Source: Octopus bimaculoides
Lineage: Eukaryota
DNA: 52,059 bases
Direction of reading: 5' to 3'
Assembly: GCF_001194135.2 (NCBI RefSeq)
Contig: NC_068988.1
Coordinates: 11,040,140 to 11,092,198, forward strand
The position numbers and the translations under genes were made by a program. This document shows, piece after piece, positions 12,861 to 24,858 of this stretch. Under the pieces are notes generated by a model. That model had not been told where the DNA came from. It worked only from the letters and a program-made list of their open reading frames with translations, and ran no database searches. Position 1 is the first letter of the stretch; each line of letters begins with the position of its first letter.

Positions 12861-13671
12861 TGTGTTCCAAACATACAAAATATATGGACAAATTTTCATG
12901 AAAATGTACATATGTAGACACACCTATGTGTTTGTTGTGATAAACGGACAGCCAAGTACATTCGCAAATTAAGGCGCATGCGTAATTTTAATCATTTTTA
13001 CACGCAACTGAATTCATCGTAAATAAGGTATCCACACTAACATATTAATTAAAACAGTCGTGTATTTATATGAGTTGAAATTCTGCATATATATATATAT
13101 ATATATACATATGTATATGTATACATATTGAAATATGTTTTTATACAGAGCTTAACTCATGAGAAAACTGGGAATTAGAGAATTGAGATATAGAAAGACA
13201 TTAAAGGACGGACAGAGATAAATGTCGTATGATTGCAGAGAAAGCGAGTTTGAAATGCAGTAGAAAAAGAAGAACGGAGGAGAGAAGATTAGGAAGGAGA
13301 AAGCTCGAAAAGAAGAAAGAATGTGAGCGATTATGGAAATGGAAACCTCAGAAGGCAATGAAACAAAAGTTATCAAAATATACATGACGCAATATGGTTG
13401 TGCGGCAAATGTACGAGAATAAACTACGTAGACCCTCAAGTCATGAGCTGAAAATAAAGCTGAATATATTATTTATAATTTAGCATGTTTAAACCAACAT
13501 TATTTTATAGAATTTAAATATGTTTTACAGCTAATCATTAGCATTGACAACAACATAAATATTAAAACATTTTCCTAACTTCGTGCACAGCAGCACATAC
13601 ACACACATGGTTCCGCAGCCATTCGCGGTTTCACCATTCCTTTAAGGCATGAACACGCACGCACACACGCG

Positions 13672-13703
<32 letters not shown>

Positions 13704-14094
13704 CACACACATACACACGCGCGCGCGCACATACACACATACATGCACACACATACGCACACACACTTATCTTTCTACTAGTGTCTGTCTCTATCTGTGT
13801 GTAATTTACACAATACAGAGAATTATAATCCGGAGGTTTATATTCTTCAGATTTTGCTGAGTCCCCGAATGCTAATATATGACTTACTACATGAACGTTC
13901 AATTGTGCATGTTTCTGCCTACGGTCTCTTGTGCGAATATACGCAGATGTTTCAGAAATGTTGCTTGTCCTTGCCTGTCGGCATATGTCTGATCGCTAGG
14001 AGCTTGGAGGACACTGTAAACTATAATTATGATTAAATATCAAATATTCTAGAATATATTTGAGTGTTTATGTGTGTATATGCATGTATGAATG

Positions 14095-14139
<45 letters not shown>

Positions 14140-14142
<3 letters not shown>

Positions 14143-14400
14143 GGTGCAGGCGTGATAGTGTGGTAGGAGGTAGGCTTCCTAACAACATGATCTCAGATTC
14201 AGTCTCACTGCGTGGTAGGTTGGCCAACTGTTTTCTGATATAACTTTCACTGACTAAAACCTTGTGACTGGATTAGGTAGAGGGAAAGTGGAAGGGTCTA
14301 AGTATGTGTGTATGTATGTGACAACCGATGTTGGTTTGTTTATGTCCTATAGCTTATGTGTTCAGTAAAAGAGATGGATGAAAATAAGTGAAGGCATCAG
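14140..14400 (+). mobile_element. SINE family B copy, diverged
   Basis: Head GTGTGGTAGGAGG...GATTCAGTCTCACTGCGTGG, followed by CCTTGTGACTGGATT and GACAACCGATGTTGGTTTGTT. Confidence 0.75.
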
Positions 14401-14419
14401 AAATTAATTAAATACTTAT

Positions 14420-14610
14420 TTTAGGCATTTGAATGTAGCCATGCTGGAGCACCGGTTTTAGTCGAGCGAATCAGCCCCCAGAAGTTATTCTTTGTAAGCC
14501 TAGTACTACTTCTATCGGAATATTCCTCCGAACCCCTAAGTTACGGGGACGTGAACACACAAACATCGGTTGTCAAGCGATGGTGGTGGAATCAAACACA
14601 GACAGAAAAA
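14420..14610 (-). mobile_element. SINE family B 3' half, inverted relative to the neighbouring copy
   Basis: Reverse complement reads GACAACCGATGTTTGTGTGTTCACGTCCCCGTAACTTAG...GGTGCTCCAGCATGGC. Confidence 0.8.
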
Positions 14611-14633
14611 TGCATGCATATACACAGACACAC

Positions 14634-14684
<51 letters not shown>

Positions 14685-14961
14685 GTGAATGTGATTTTTA
14701 AGTTAATGTGATTTCAAAAATGTAAGTTGTTTGCACAATAAGTATTTATATTTTAAAGCAGTTGTATACTGACAACTTAACGTGACAATCCCAATAAGGG
14801 AATTATACTGCTGCTATTTAGCCCTAGGAAGCTGGACAAAGCAATGTCTGGTATTTATTTATATATCAGAAAATAAACGTTTGTTTCTATACAGTCTGTG
14901 CTGCTTAGATCTGGAAAGTGAATAAATGTAAATATACCGAGCAATTCTCTTCACTCGCTTT

Positions 14962-14972
14962 ATAATAATAAC

Positions 14973-15033
<61 letters not shown>
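14962..15033 (+). repeat. (AAT)n microsatellite
   Basis: Direct trinucleotide tract. Confidence 0.95.
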
Positions 15034-15197
15034 TTTGGGTACTGCACACATTCTACGCAAAACACTTTCAATACAGTAAACATAAGAGCACCACAACAAA
15101 CCACAGCACATACCCAAGGCGTACAGAGCTGCGCTCGGTAGTGAAGTGAAAGCACGTTATAAAAATAAAACTACTGAACATTAATAATAATAGTAAT
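15034..15197 (+). mobile_element. 5'-truncated R4/Dong-clade non-LTR retrotransposon end (last codons plus 3' UTR) embedded in (TAA)n
   Basis: 15035-15079 translates LGTAHILRKTLSIQ*, matching the LGTAHILRKVL C-terminal motif of R4/Dong ORFs. It is flanked on both sides by AAT repeats. Confidence 0.75.
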
Positions 15198-15204
15198 GTG
15201 TGGA

Positions 15205-15850
15205 ACGCAGAATTGATAAAATAACCGAGAGCGACACACCTAGAATGGGTGGTGACAGGGGTTAAACAGGATCGTAAAGAAAGTTTATTTTCTCATTGGA
15301 CCATTACGGCATTGCTTAAAAACGGATCTAGAATAGAATTTAGTCTGTTGAACCTTGCGCATTTTTTTATGTTGGTCTTTTTGTTATTTTGTGATGTTTG
15401 GATGTTGTTGATAGTTTTTAAGGATTAGGTTCAATGTAGGGCACACTTCTAGTATTGGTACGCATTTTGATCTCAATGCTTTTAGGATTGTAGGAGGAAA
15501 TGAATGTCACAACAGCCAATTCCGATATATTTCTTCTTTTTTGGGGGATATTTCCTAGATATTAAAATTATTACTCTTTGTATTCCATTATCGATTAAGG
15601 ATGGTCGGTAATTCATCTCTATTTGTGCACTCTTCAGTTCTTGGCGACATTGTGCGGCCATTTGCGTCGGGTAATATTCGTTAGCCTATAAGGGATTTTT
15701 ATTTGTTACATTGCGTTTTGTGGCATAAATTTATATTATTTAGGAACTCCAATTTTCTGACTTCCATATAAAGACAGAGAATAACCAAATGTATATAGAC
15801 ATTTACTATAAGCCTCTGGACACCAGACACTATCTTCTATTCAACTTTCT
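15205..15850. mobile_element. Penelope-like retroelement relic (RT thumb and linker): body on minus strand (about 15205-15735), inverted 5' piece on plus strand (about 15740-15850)
   Basis: The plus strand gives MYIDIYYKPLDTRHYLLFN (Penelope DIYYKPTD..YL.F motif). The minus strand gives CHK..., NYRPSLIDNGIQRV and VTFISSYNPK, the motifs that normally follow. Confidence 0.7.
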
Positions 15851-16418
15851 TACCATTGTTTTAAAGTTTTTCTGTTGCCACTATCTTTCACTTTCATTTC
15901 ATTATTTCTTTATGGTTTTTGTCTTCTTTTTCTTTTCCTACATTCAAACTTATCCGTATCCATTTCACGATTGAACATTTTCTTTCTTTGTTTGGATTGG
16001 GTAAATTTTGCTTAATTAAACATATAGAAAATTTTGTCATACTGTCGTAAATATTTTCGATGTATTCCTTACTCCCACTACCTTATTTATCGGTCTATTT
16101 CTCTCGCTCCCTCACTCTCTTTCCCTCACCATATATATATGNNNNNNNNNNNNNNNNNNNNNNNNNNNNNNNNNNNNNNNNNNNNNNNNNNNNNNNNNNN
16201 NNNNNNNNNNNNNNNNNNNNNNNNNNNNNNNNNNNNNNNNNNNNNNNNNNNNNNNNNNNNNNNNNNNNNNNNNNNNNNNNNNNNNNNNNNNNNNNNNNNN
16301 NNNNNNNNNNNNNNNNNNNNNNNNNNNNNNNNNNNNNNNNNNNNNNNNNNNNNNNNNNNNNNNNNNNNNNNNNNNNNNNNNNNNNNNNNNNNNNNNNNNN
16401 NNNNNNNNNNNNNNNNNN

Positions 16419-16462
<44 letters not shown>

Positions 16463-17181
16463 CGAGCACACACACATATGTAGATGGATGTGTCTGTGTG
16501 TGTTTGTGTCTGTGTAACTCATCTATAAAAGTTATTTTGCCATAAAATTCCGCACTTATGTGTCAATAAGAGAGACCAGTACGTTCGGATATAATGGGCA
16601 ACACTAATTCTATACTAATAGATTTTTAGATAAATATCCAATTAAATTTAATCTAGGCATATGCATTTATCATAAGTTAATTAGTCCACATCAGTAAGGA
16701 AAAAATAATGAAAATTAGTAATTTCAACGTATTTAACTCGAGGGAAAACGTCAATAGAGCCAGTTGTTCGTTTGTTCTCCGTTTATATTCGTCCCCTGAA
16801 ACTATCCAATGAGATTTGTGTTCGACTATTCCGGCAACATTTGAGGATGCTCAAACCGCTGTAAATAATGGACTTGTACAGGATATTTTTCTTTAGCCAA
16901 TTCCTTCTCTCCATTGTGCATTCTTAATTAACGTCTGGAACAATTTTAATTAGATAGTTAATTTAATATCTATTCGTTGAGATTGTGATGTTCCTCAATA
17001 TACTCAGGAGCATACTAGAATATAAGTACTCACGCATCACACGCATACACATGCTCGGACAAATTCACAGACATATATATATATATATACATATACATAC
17101 GCACAGACACACACAGAGACACAATCACAGAGATACTCACAGATATATACACACATATATATATATGTGTGTGTGTGTATC

Positions 17182-17256
<75 letters not shown>

Positions 17257-17372
17257 AAATGACAACAAAGTAATGCGAACTCGATATGTATATATGTCTA
17301 TATATATGTGCGCGTGTTTGTGTGTGTGTGTGTGTGTGTGTATATGTACACACAGTCACTCATACATACAAG

Positions 17373-17404
<32 letters not shown>

Positions 17405-17459
17405 CACACACACAGCTTAGCTGCTTTCTCTTATACGAGCAAAGACATTGCTAAAAAGA

Positions 17460-17660
17460 GTCACTGAAATTACTCATTTGAACCCGGCGAAAGATTTGCC
17501 CATTATTGCATAATTCACAACTATGCTGGCTGGCAGAAGGAACAGGTGCCAAAATATGAACTGTTTTGACATCTCTTTTCAATCCTCCAACCGAAAGGCA
17601 CACCTTACCGCATGTTGCACATGTTTTGTTGTGTAAAATAGCCAAATCACAATTTACCAT
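17460..17660 (-). pseudogene. Decayed pair of C2H2-like zinc fingers, probably the C-terminus of a LINE ORF2
   Basis: ORF 17451-17675 contains CATCGKVCLSVGGLKRDVKTVH. A second finger, CELCN..., continues after a frameshift as GKSFAGFK*. No TGEKP linker is present. Confidence 0.45.
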
Positions 17661-17979
17661 GAGGTTCATACACACTCACACACATACACACATATACACA
17701 AAATCAGGTCCACACAAACACCCATATACACCTGCGATGGTTAAATTGTCACCATTTTATATTCTTAATTTGCGCATGTGCAGTGTTTTAGATTTTGTCG
17801 ACTACACTGTAAAGTAGGATCAGCTGGGTAGCGTCTGTGAGAAAAACAGCACCTTTACGTAATTCTCTCTGCCAGAAATTTGGAAACGATTCGCTGTACT
17901 CCCTGGCATTCGCGCAGGAAGCTCTAATACGAACATTTGAAATTGTTTGGGCGTCAATTTCAGGAAGGCACAATCTGAG

Positions 17980-18145
17980 GATATGTTAGAGTGATCGCTA
18001 GTGATGCCGATGTTATGCCTCCATTCATCTTCCCACATGGCCTCACACTCAACACGGAGTCTACATCAAGTGTCTGGGGGAGGTAGTCTTGCCTTGGTTC
18101 AAGAGGGTGACTCCTGGAAACCCTATGTTTGGCAACAGGACTTTA
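17980..18145 (+). pseudogene. Tc1/mariner superfamily maT (DD37D-type) transposase fragment
   Basis: Frameshifted translation SDADVMPPFIFPHGLTLNTE / YIKCLGEVVLPWFKRV / PYVWQQD matches the catalytic region of maT-type transposases. Confidence 0.75.
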
Positions 18146-19339
18146 CACTAGTAGGAGAACCCGGACATGGCAATCAGAAAATTCCTTTACCAAAGAAGAT
18201 ATCTAATGCTGTAGTAGCATTATTTCGGCACTCACTTGCCACTGCGGATTTTCATCTCCCTATGAATTGAGAGATTTTGTACTTTTCCAAGCCACTTCTT
18301 CTATTGCTGTTATTCCGATGATCAACAGGTTATTTATATTTATGACTTAAAACGAAATATTCACCTAATATATACATATTCACCATATATACACATGCAT
18401 TTGAGTCCAGGCGCGAAGTAATCCATCAAGTTTGTCATATTTTTTATTCGGGACTTCATTATAGAATAAATTACCTGTCTATTACCTGCTCGATCCTTCT
18501 GTTAACCGTGTGGCATATGTCATAAAATGCATGATTGAGAATCATAAGGAAAAGGCATTCAATATATGCAGAAAATTATATGATTTGAGTTGAATCGGAT
18601 GAATAAATTTGATTAGCTTTCACTCACCCCTCTCTCTCTCCCTCTCTCTCTGCTTCCCTCTCCCTCCCTCGTCTCATATCTCACTTTTTCTCTCATACTT
18701 TTTCGCCTACTTTGCATATGCATATGTATGTATCCACGCATGTAATTAAACTAACAAAATACACTGATGTATGTGTCTATAATTACTCATTTAATATATA
18801 AATTTACTTATTTTTCCCTCCAAAAATATACTATGATGAGTCAATATAATTCATCCCACGTTTTCTGTCTAATCACTGACGTAATTCTCATATTATTACA
18901 AAGAGAAAATACAATAAAATCAGTAATTCAAGAGAAAGTAGATCAAATGTCAAGATGCATATAATAGTGCAAATGAAGTGTAGGAAGGACAAATCTTCGT
19001 CACTGACGTGAGACCGTTTTTTTTTGACAATCACTAAATCAATTAATAATCAGCTAATGATCTAATTAATTGCTAATTAGGCTGGAGTGAAATACACCCA
19101 CTGAATGTCAATATGACCCTACCAAATTACAACAGTATTTATTTCAACATAATTAATCAGTAGAAAGTACGTGAATGGGCATAAGGTGGGAGAAAATATA
19201 AATATGTGAATGAGGATAAAGTAGGCAAGAAGAGAAAACAAGATTAGTATAACAAATTTAATATGGAATATAAGATAATAGACGACAGGCAACACAAAAT
19301 TATACCGTTGAATTGATAGTTTAAAGAGACTATATAGTG

Positions 19340-19830
19340 TCAAACTTGAAAGTAATATTGTAAAATGGCATGGAAATATAGAGAAGAAAGTGTTGGTCTC
19401 TATACAAAGTATAAGATGTTTGTATCATATTAAAAGGAGAATAAATAACTTACTTCAATATATATTTCATACTTTCATTTATATGGTCGCCTCAACTTTC
19501 ATATCATTTTCTTCGTAACGTTCCATCTCAGTTCCTTTTACCATTCTACCACTTTTGTATAACCCCACTACATTTACCCATTTATAATCCATCTACTTCG
19601 TTAAGCCTACCATTACGATAAGCATACAAATGAAAAGTAATCATTTAATTCTTCTCCGTGTTTTCCCATCCCGTTACAATGTCTTCTTAAGGCGCTTTCT
19701 ATAACCTAATTTTTGAAATCTCTTAATTCTCCGGGTCTTCGTAACACCAGTACTCCTTTGTCATATATCACCATACCAATAACAGGTTCTACCGAAAACG
19801 CGTTGATAAATCATGAAAGCAATAAATAAT
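19340..19830 (+). mobile_element. Possible Penelope-like 3' relic (GIY-YIG C-terminal region and pseudo-LTR)
   Basis: VKWHGNIEKK...IRCLYHIKRRI loosely resembles the KW.I...RC.LC..EK..I motif of Penelope endonucleases. A hammerhead-like remnant follows at 19776-19804. Confidence 0.3.
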
Positions 19831-21239
19831 TGACTAATGATAAAACTACTTGACAAATATCGTGAGTGAAACATTCCAAGTGCTTTGGTTTCATTGGCAG
19901 ACCGAACCTACTAAAATTCTTACAGAAATTTGTTTTCACATTCGAAATTCCTATCAAAACATTCGCATTTGCTCCTTTACGTCCCGTACATTTCCTTAGC
20001 TACTTCCCGATGATAGAAATACATAAGTACAGATATCATTTAGTACACCTCCATATTTTGCTATCTCTTTACAGCTTCCTTGTAAGCCTGCTTCTATAAT
20101 TTTAGTCTTCCATTTTATTTCATTAACTTAACGTTTTAATAATTTATATATTTTTGCAAATATATCCGTTATTACTTTTCACGTCTTTTATACAATAGGT
20201 TTGTTTTACCGAAACTGAACAATATTTTTGTGCATGGTTTTCATACTTCAATAATGGATAAGATTCCTTCCTACTCATCTGTCACATACGTTAGGATACT
20301 AGCAAAGAGCTTTGAATTCTGAAGGAAATGTAATAGTGACCAGACACAAAGCTCAGCTTCTTTTCTAATATCTCATGCAATATTCCTACGTGTATTTATT
20401 CAATTTTATACCTGTTATATAAGCCTAACTTGGAGACTTGGAAAAGACATGTAATTATGTTTTATATTAGTTATTCAAGCAGTAACTTATCATGCGTGAT
20501 TAGAACGACGCGGTCTCTGTCAAACGTATAGTTTTGCTAATCATTTCTGTTAACCACATATGCATACACACGCATGTATACACACATAGAGAGAGAGAGA
20601 GAATGAAAGAGAGAGAATGGGCCTCATTTTAGCTACACAATTTATCTGTGCTTATTGTGTGTGGAGCGGGATGTAAGTGTGGGCGAGTGTATTTGTGTGT
20701 GTGTGTGTGTGTTCTCAACTGCCGCTTAAAATATTCTATTCCAAATGATATTTATTGCAGTCAAAGAAGCTCGAATTATCAACTAATTGAATTGTATAAA
20801 ATATTCGAAATACGAGATATAGGTTAAATACAAATGGTTATACATTCTCCATATATTTCAATATTTATTTTATGAAAATATGACACTTCATATATTTAGC
20901 TTGTATGTGCATACGTTACGAATATGCTTATACGCTTGAAACATATGTGGTTTATTTTAATAATCCCTTTATGGGCTATAATCCTATATTATAGCAAGTT
21001 AAAATCTGTGGTAATTGAAGCAATATTTGAAATTAGTGCTAACACGTTTTATTGTTTGCGAAAATTATTACTTGCAAAAACCATAAATTGCAACTTAATG
21101 TCACGTTATGGAAATGCGCAAATGAATATTCGGCCCGAATAATGGACACATGGAATGAATATATGAATATGTGCGTTTTTATGACAATTTACATTTTTTT
21201 TTCCTTCCAATAATTGTTTTAGTAAATTTAATAGTGGCT

Positions 21240-21890
21240 CCTCATTTGACACACCGCTAGCAAATTTCAGGTGACGGCGTTAGCTGATATAATCAACAAC
21301 CTCAATAATGGATTGATATTATATTTTATCGACTCCAGTGGGAAGAAAGACAATGTTGCCGTGTTGATCACGAAAGGATTTGGAAGCTGATCGTTAAAAG
21401 CTGGAAGTCCGGTGATTGCGCCGATAATCCACACTCACTTGGTATAATAAATGGTTTCAAATTCTGGTTCCAAGACAGAAATTCCCGGGGAGCGAATAAG
21501 TCGTCCATGGCGACACTCGAGTTCAACTGGGACTTCCGTTATCGACCCTGAGAAAATGAAATACAAAGTTGACCTCTGCGGAATTCGAACTCAGAATGTA
21601 CAGACAGAGGAAATGCTGCAAAGCAATTCGCCCGACGTGCTAACGACTTTGCCAGCTCACCGCATTCACCTGGTATAATAATTTCAAAACTTGGTGCAAT
21701 GCAAGCAATTTCGGGTGAGGAGCTAGGTCGATTACATTGACCTAGTGGGCAGCTAGTCCTGATGTTATCGACCCCGAAAGGATCATAGGCAAAGTCGACC
21801 TCAGCACAATATGAACATGGAAAGCAGAGACGGATGAAATACTGCTAAGCATTTTTCGGGCGTACCTGCGATTCTCTAAGCCTGCCTTAC
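21240..21890 (-). mobile_element. Head-to-tail array of about 3 SINE family A copies (very decayed about 21240-21435, then 21440-21665 and 21672-21889)
   Basis: TTATCGAC(T/C)C recurs at about 21326, 21539 and 21765. The junction CAC(T/C)TGGTATAATAA occurs twice. Confidence 0.75.
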
Positions 21891-21934
21891 GTCTGACATA
21901 ATAGCAACACATATTTTCATAAACTTAAAGATAT

Positions 21935-22055
21935 GATCTTTGCTTTTGTTCCTTTCGGGGTCGATAAATTAAATATAATTTGCGTACTCGGGTCGGTCTA
22001 ATCGACTAGCTCCTCCCTACCAAAATCAGGCGTTGTGCCTGGAGTAGAAAAGAAA
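21935..22055 (+). mobile_element. 5'-truncated SINE family A copy with tail type 2
   Basis: CCTTTCGGGGTCGATAAATTAA...GTTGTGCCTGGAGTAGAAAAGAA. Confidence 0.8.
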
Positions 22056-22104
22056 TAGTAATAGTACTAGGTACACAAACGATATTACTAGAAGATAGGA
22101 GGGG

Positions 22105-22420
22105 GCGGAGGAGACCCCCATCGGTTATGAATGACCATGAGATTGTGGCTAGAAAGTTCGGACAAAGTTGTTTGTAGAAGGCCAGCAGTCGCCCATGCAC
22201 ACCATCCTCCCCCCTCCTCACCACTGATGATATCGAAGGGAAAGGCAAAGGCCGATACAGCTCGGCACCAGTGATATCGCAACTCATTTCTACAGCTGAG
22301 TTAACTGGAGCAACGTGAAATAAAGTATCTTGCTCAAGAACACAACACGCAGCATGGTCCGCGGATCGAACTCACAACCTCGCGATCTTACGCTCTAACC
22401 ACTGAGCCATGCGCCTTCAC
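22105..22420 (-). mobile_element. SINE family C, well-preserved copy with recognisable Pol III A and B boxes
   Basis: Reverse complement begins GTGAAGGCGCATGGCTCAGTGGTTAGAGCG (A box) and GAGTTCGATCC (B box), then TGTTGTGTTCTTGAGCAAGATACTTTATTTCACG. Confidence 0.85.
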
Positions 22421-23964
22421 ACGAGAAGATAAATGGAATGTATTTGAGAGGAAGACCTAGAACGTACTAGTTGGATAAAATGAGGAGTGGGCTAAGCTAT
22501 CATACGGTGAATGTGTAAGAGTAGCAGAGAAGAAAAAACACCCGGATGGAAATCATTGATATTTAAACTGCTGTGTGGGAATGGCTTACCATGATGCCGA
22601 TAACGACTGAAACATGAAATGCAGTTAGAGAGAGAGAGTGAGTGAGAGTGAGTGAGAGAAAGAGTTAGACCAACATCATGCCAGGAAGCGTTGTAGAGAT
22701 AAACGTGAGTAAAAAGAGAGAAGAAATACTGGACAAGTATAGGGTAATTGTGGAGTCAAAAAAATAGAGAAATACATTAAGACAAAGAAAAGCAATAAGT
22801 GTATGGCGTAAGGGTAAGTCGTGTTTAAAAAGAAAAAGTATAAGACCAAAGTTGGTATAAGAAATACAACACATTTCCACTAGAAGCAATGAAGATATTA
22901 GAAATACGTCAATAATTTAGAGAAAATATAGATACAAACGTCGCTGTGTAATTTGGAATTGTCATGAAGAGACAGATTAGTAATAAACTAAGAATGCTTC
23001 TTTCTCTATCCAATGTACAAGAAAATGAAACGACAACTAGATGAGACAAAAACAGGCCAGTGGAGAAGATATAAGTGCAAAACAATCACTAGTGACAGAA
23101 GCGGTATTAACAGGTAAAGGTAATATTTATCTCTCACTCAATGTAGATGATGTGTTGGAATACAAAATATGTTATTTACGATAAGTGGCCATGTCGTATG
23201 CGTCTATAGGAGAGTTCCTCTCATAGTAACTAACGCAGTAGTGTATGTTCAAAAATATAATTCGCTTTTAGTGGTAAATAATACCTTTTTTTTTTCATAT
23301 ATATATAACAGTTATATTTGTAGAAGTTGCAGTATAATCTTATGAAATTGGGATATGAAATAGGGTAAAAACAGGTAAAAATGAAATAAAACAACTTACT
23401 TGATTAAGGGTACGTAAATACGTTATCTTGAATTTCCGAATAAGCATTTGAGATAGTTACAGATTTTATTAAAGAAGAAACCTTAAAATTCTTTTCTTGC
23501 TTCATACTCGTCTCTAATTCCTCATATCAGAGTCTTGTAATATAACTTATCTGGTTTATATCTATTGTTAGATTCTAAGCCTGCCATTTGTAATTTTTAT
23601 GTATTTTCGAAAATTGCAATAAATTTGATTCATATGCCTGTTAACCTCTGTCGATACCAGTATGCTAAGAGACGCGTGCATTTCAGAACCGATACACGCG
23701 TGGTTGGTTAATTTTATATTTCGTTCATAGTTTCATTTAAGTGAAACAAGAATTTTACATAACACGTTCCAAACATTCGCTCGCTGTATATTACATCAGT
23801 TCAATGACAAGTGTACGTTGAGTTAGTACGATCACCTTTTGATTTAGGATATACAAATTTAAAGACATAATTATATTCACCTCTATCATTTCGTATATCA
23901 TCACAAAACTTTTCGAGGTTCTATCTCTGTACGCTGACTTACCATCAACACTTAACACTAGCCG

Positions 23965-24225
23965 AAGGCGGCGAGCTGGCAGAAACGTTAGCACGCCGGG
24001 CGAAATGCTAAGCGGTATTTCATGTGTCTTTATTTTCTGAATTCAAATGCCGCCGATGTCGACTTTGCCTTTCATCGTTTCGGTGTCGATCAAATAAGTA
24101 CCAATTACGCACTGGGGTCGATATAATCGATTTAATCCATTTGTCCCCCTCTGTGTATGTAGCCCCTTGTGGGCAGTAAATAAATAAGAAATGTTAGCAC
24201 ATCGGACAAAATAATTAACGGCGTT
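23965..24225 (+). mobile_element. SINE family A full copy with tail type 1, followed by the start of a second monomer
   Basis: AAGGCGGCGAGCTGGCAGAAACGTTAGCACGCCGGGCGAAATGC...GCAGTAAATAAATAAGAA, then ATGTTAGCACATCGGACAAAAT. Confidence 0.9.
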
Positions 24226-24822
24226 TAGTATATAACACAGCTAATTTACTTTTTACAGAAAACAATATGGTGCATCATATACACGTGAGAAATCTAAAAA
24301 TATAAAAGGGTGATATTTTGTACCCGGATATCAGAGTAAATTGGAAGTGAAATTTATTCACGGTGAAATATGGTATTCTCTACCATTCTTTACTAAATAG
24401 CTTTGGTGAATGCATATTGCCGAAATATTTAAGACATAACCAACGCAATTGTTATTTCCTTTCAGTGAGATGATGAAATGGTTATAAATATAAAGTTATA
24501 TTCGCTTAGAACTTTTTCATTGACTGCTATGTCACGAGAAACACTTTAATGTCTATAAATAGCTGTTTTGATTATTCATGTTTGAAATAATAAATTTAAA
24601 AAGTGTCTTTATAGCAAAGTGTTACCAACACTGGTTATAAATATGTTGCTGATATGAAAATATCGAATGAAATCAAGTGTGGCAAAAGAGAAAATATAAC
24701 TGCCTGGTTGACATTATTTGAAATCCTCAAATCTTTTCTTTTTTTTTACTTCTTCTACATCTTTCTCTTCGACTTCTCGTTGCCTGTTTTATCATGTTCT
24801 ACGACTATTGGTACTGCTAGCA

Positions 24823-24858
<36 letters not shown>

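Noticed and set aside
15080-15197. Idea that the Dong/R4 relic is the partner LINE mobilising SINE family A
   Set aside because: I see no similarity between the Dong 3' UTR and any of the three SINE tails, so the usual shared-tail evidence is missing.
22340-22420. Possible tRNA gene (A and B boxes on the minus strand)
   Set aside because: The cloverleaf is incomplete and runs directly into a SINE body, so it is a SINE head.
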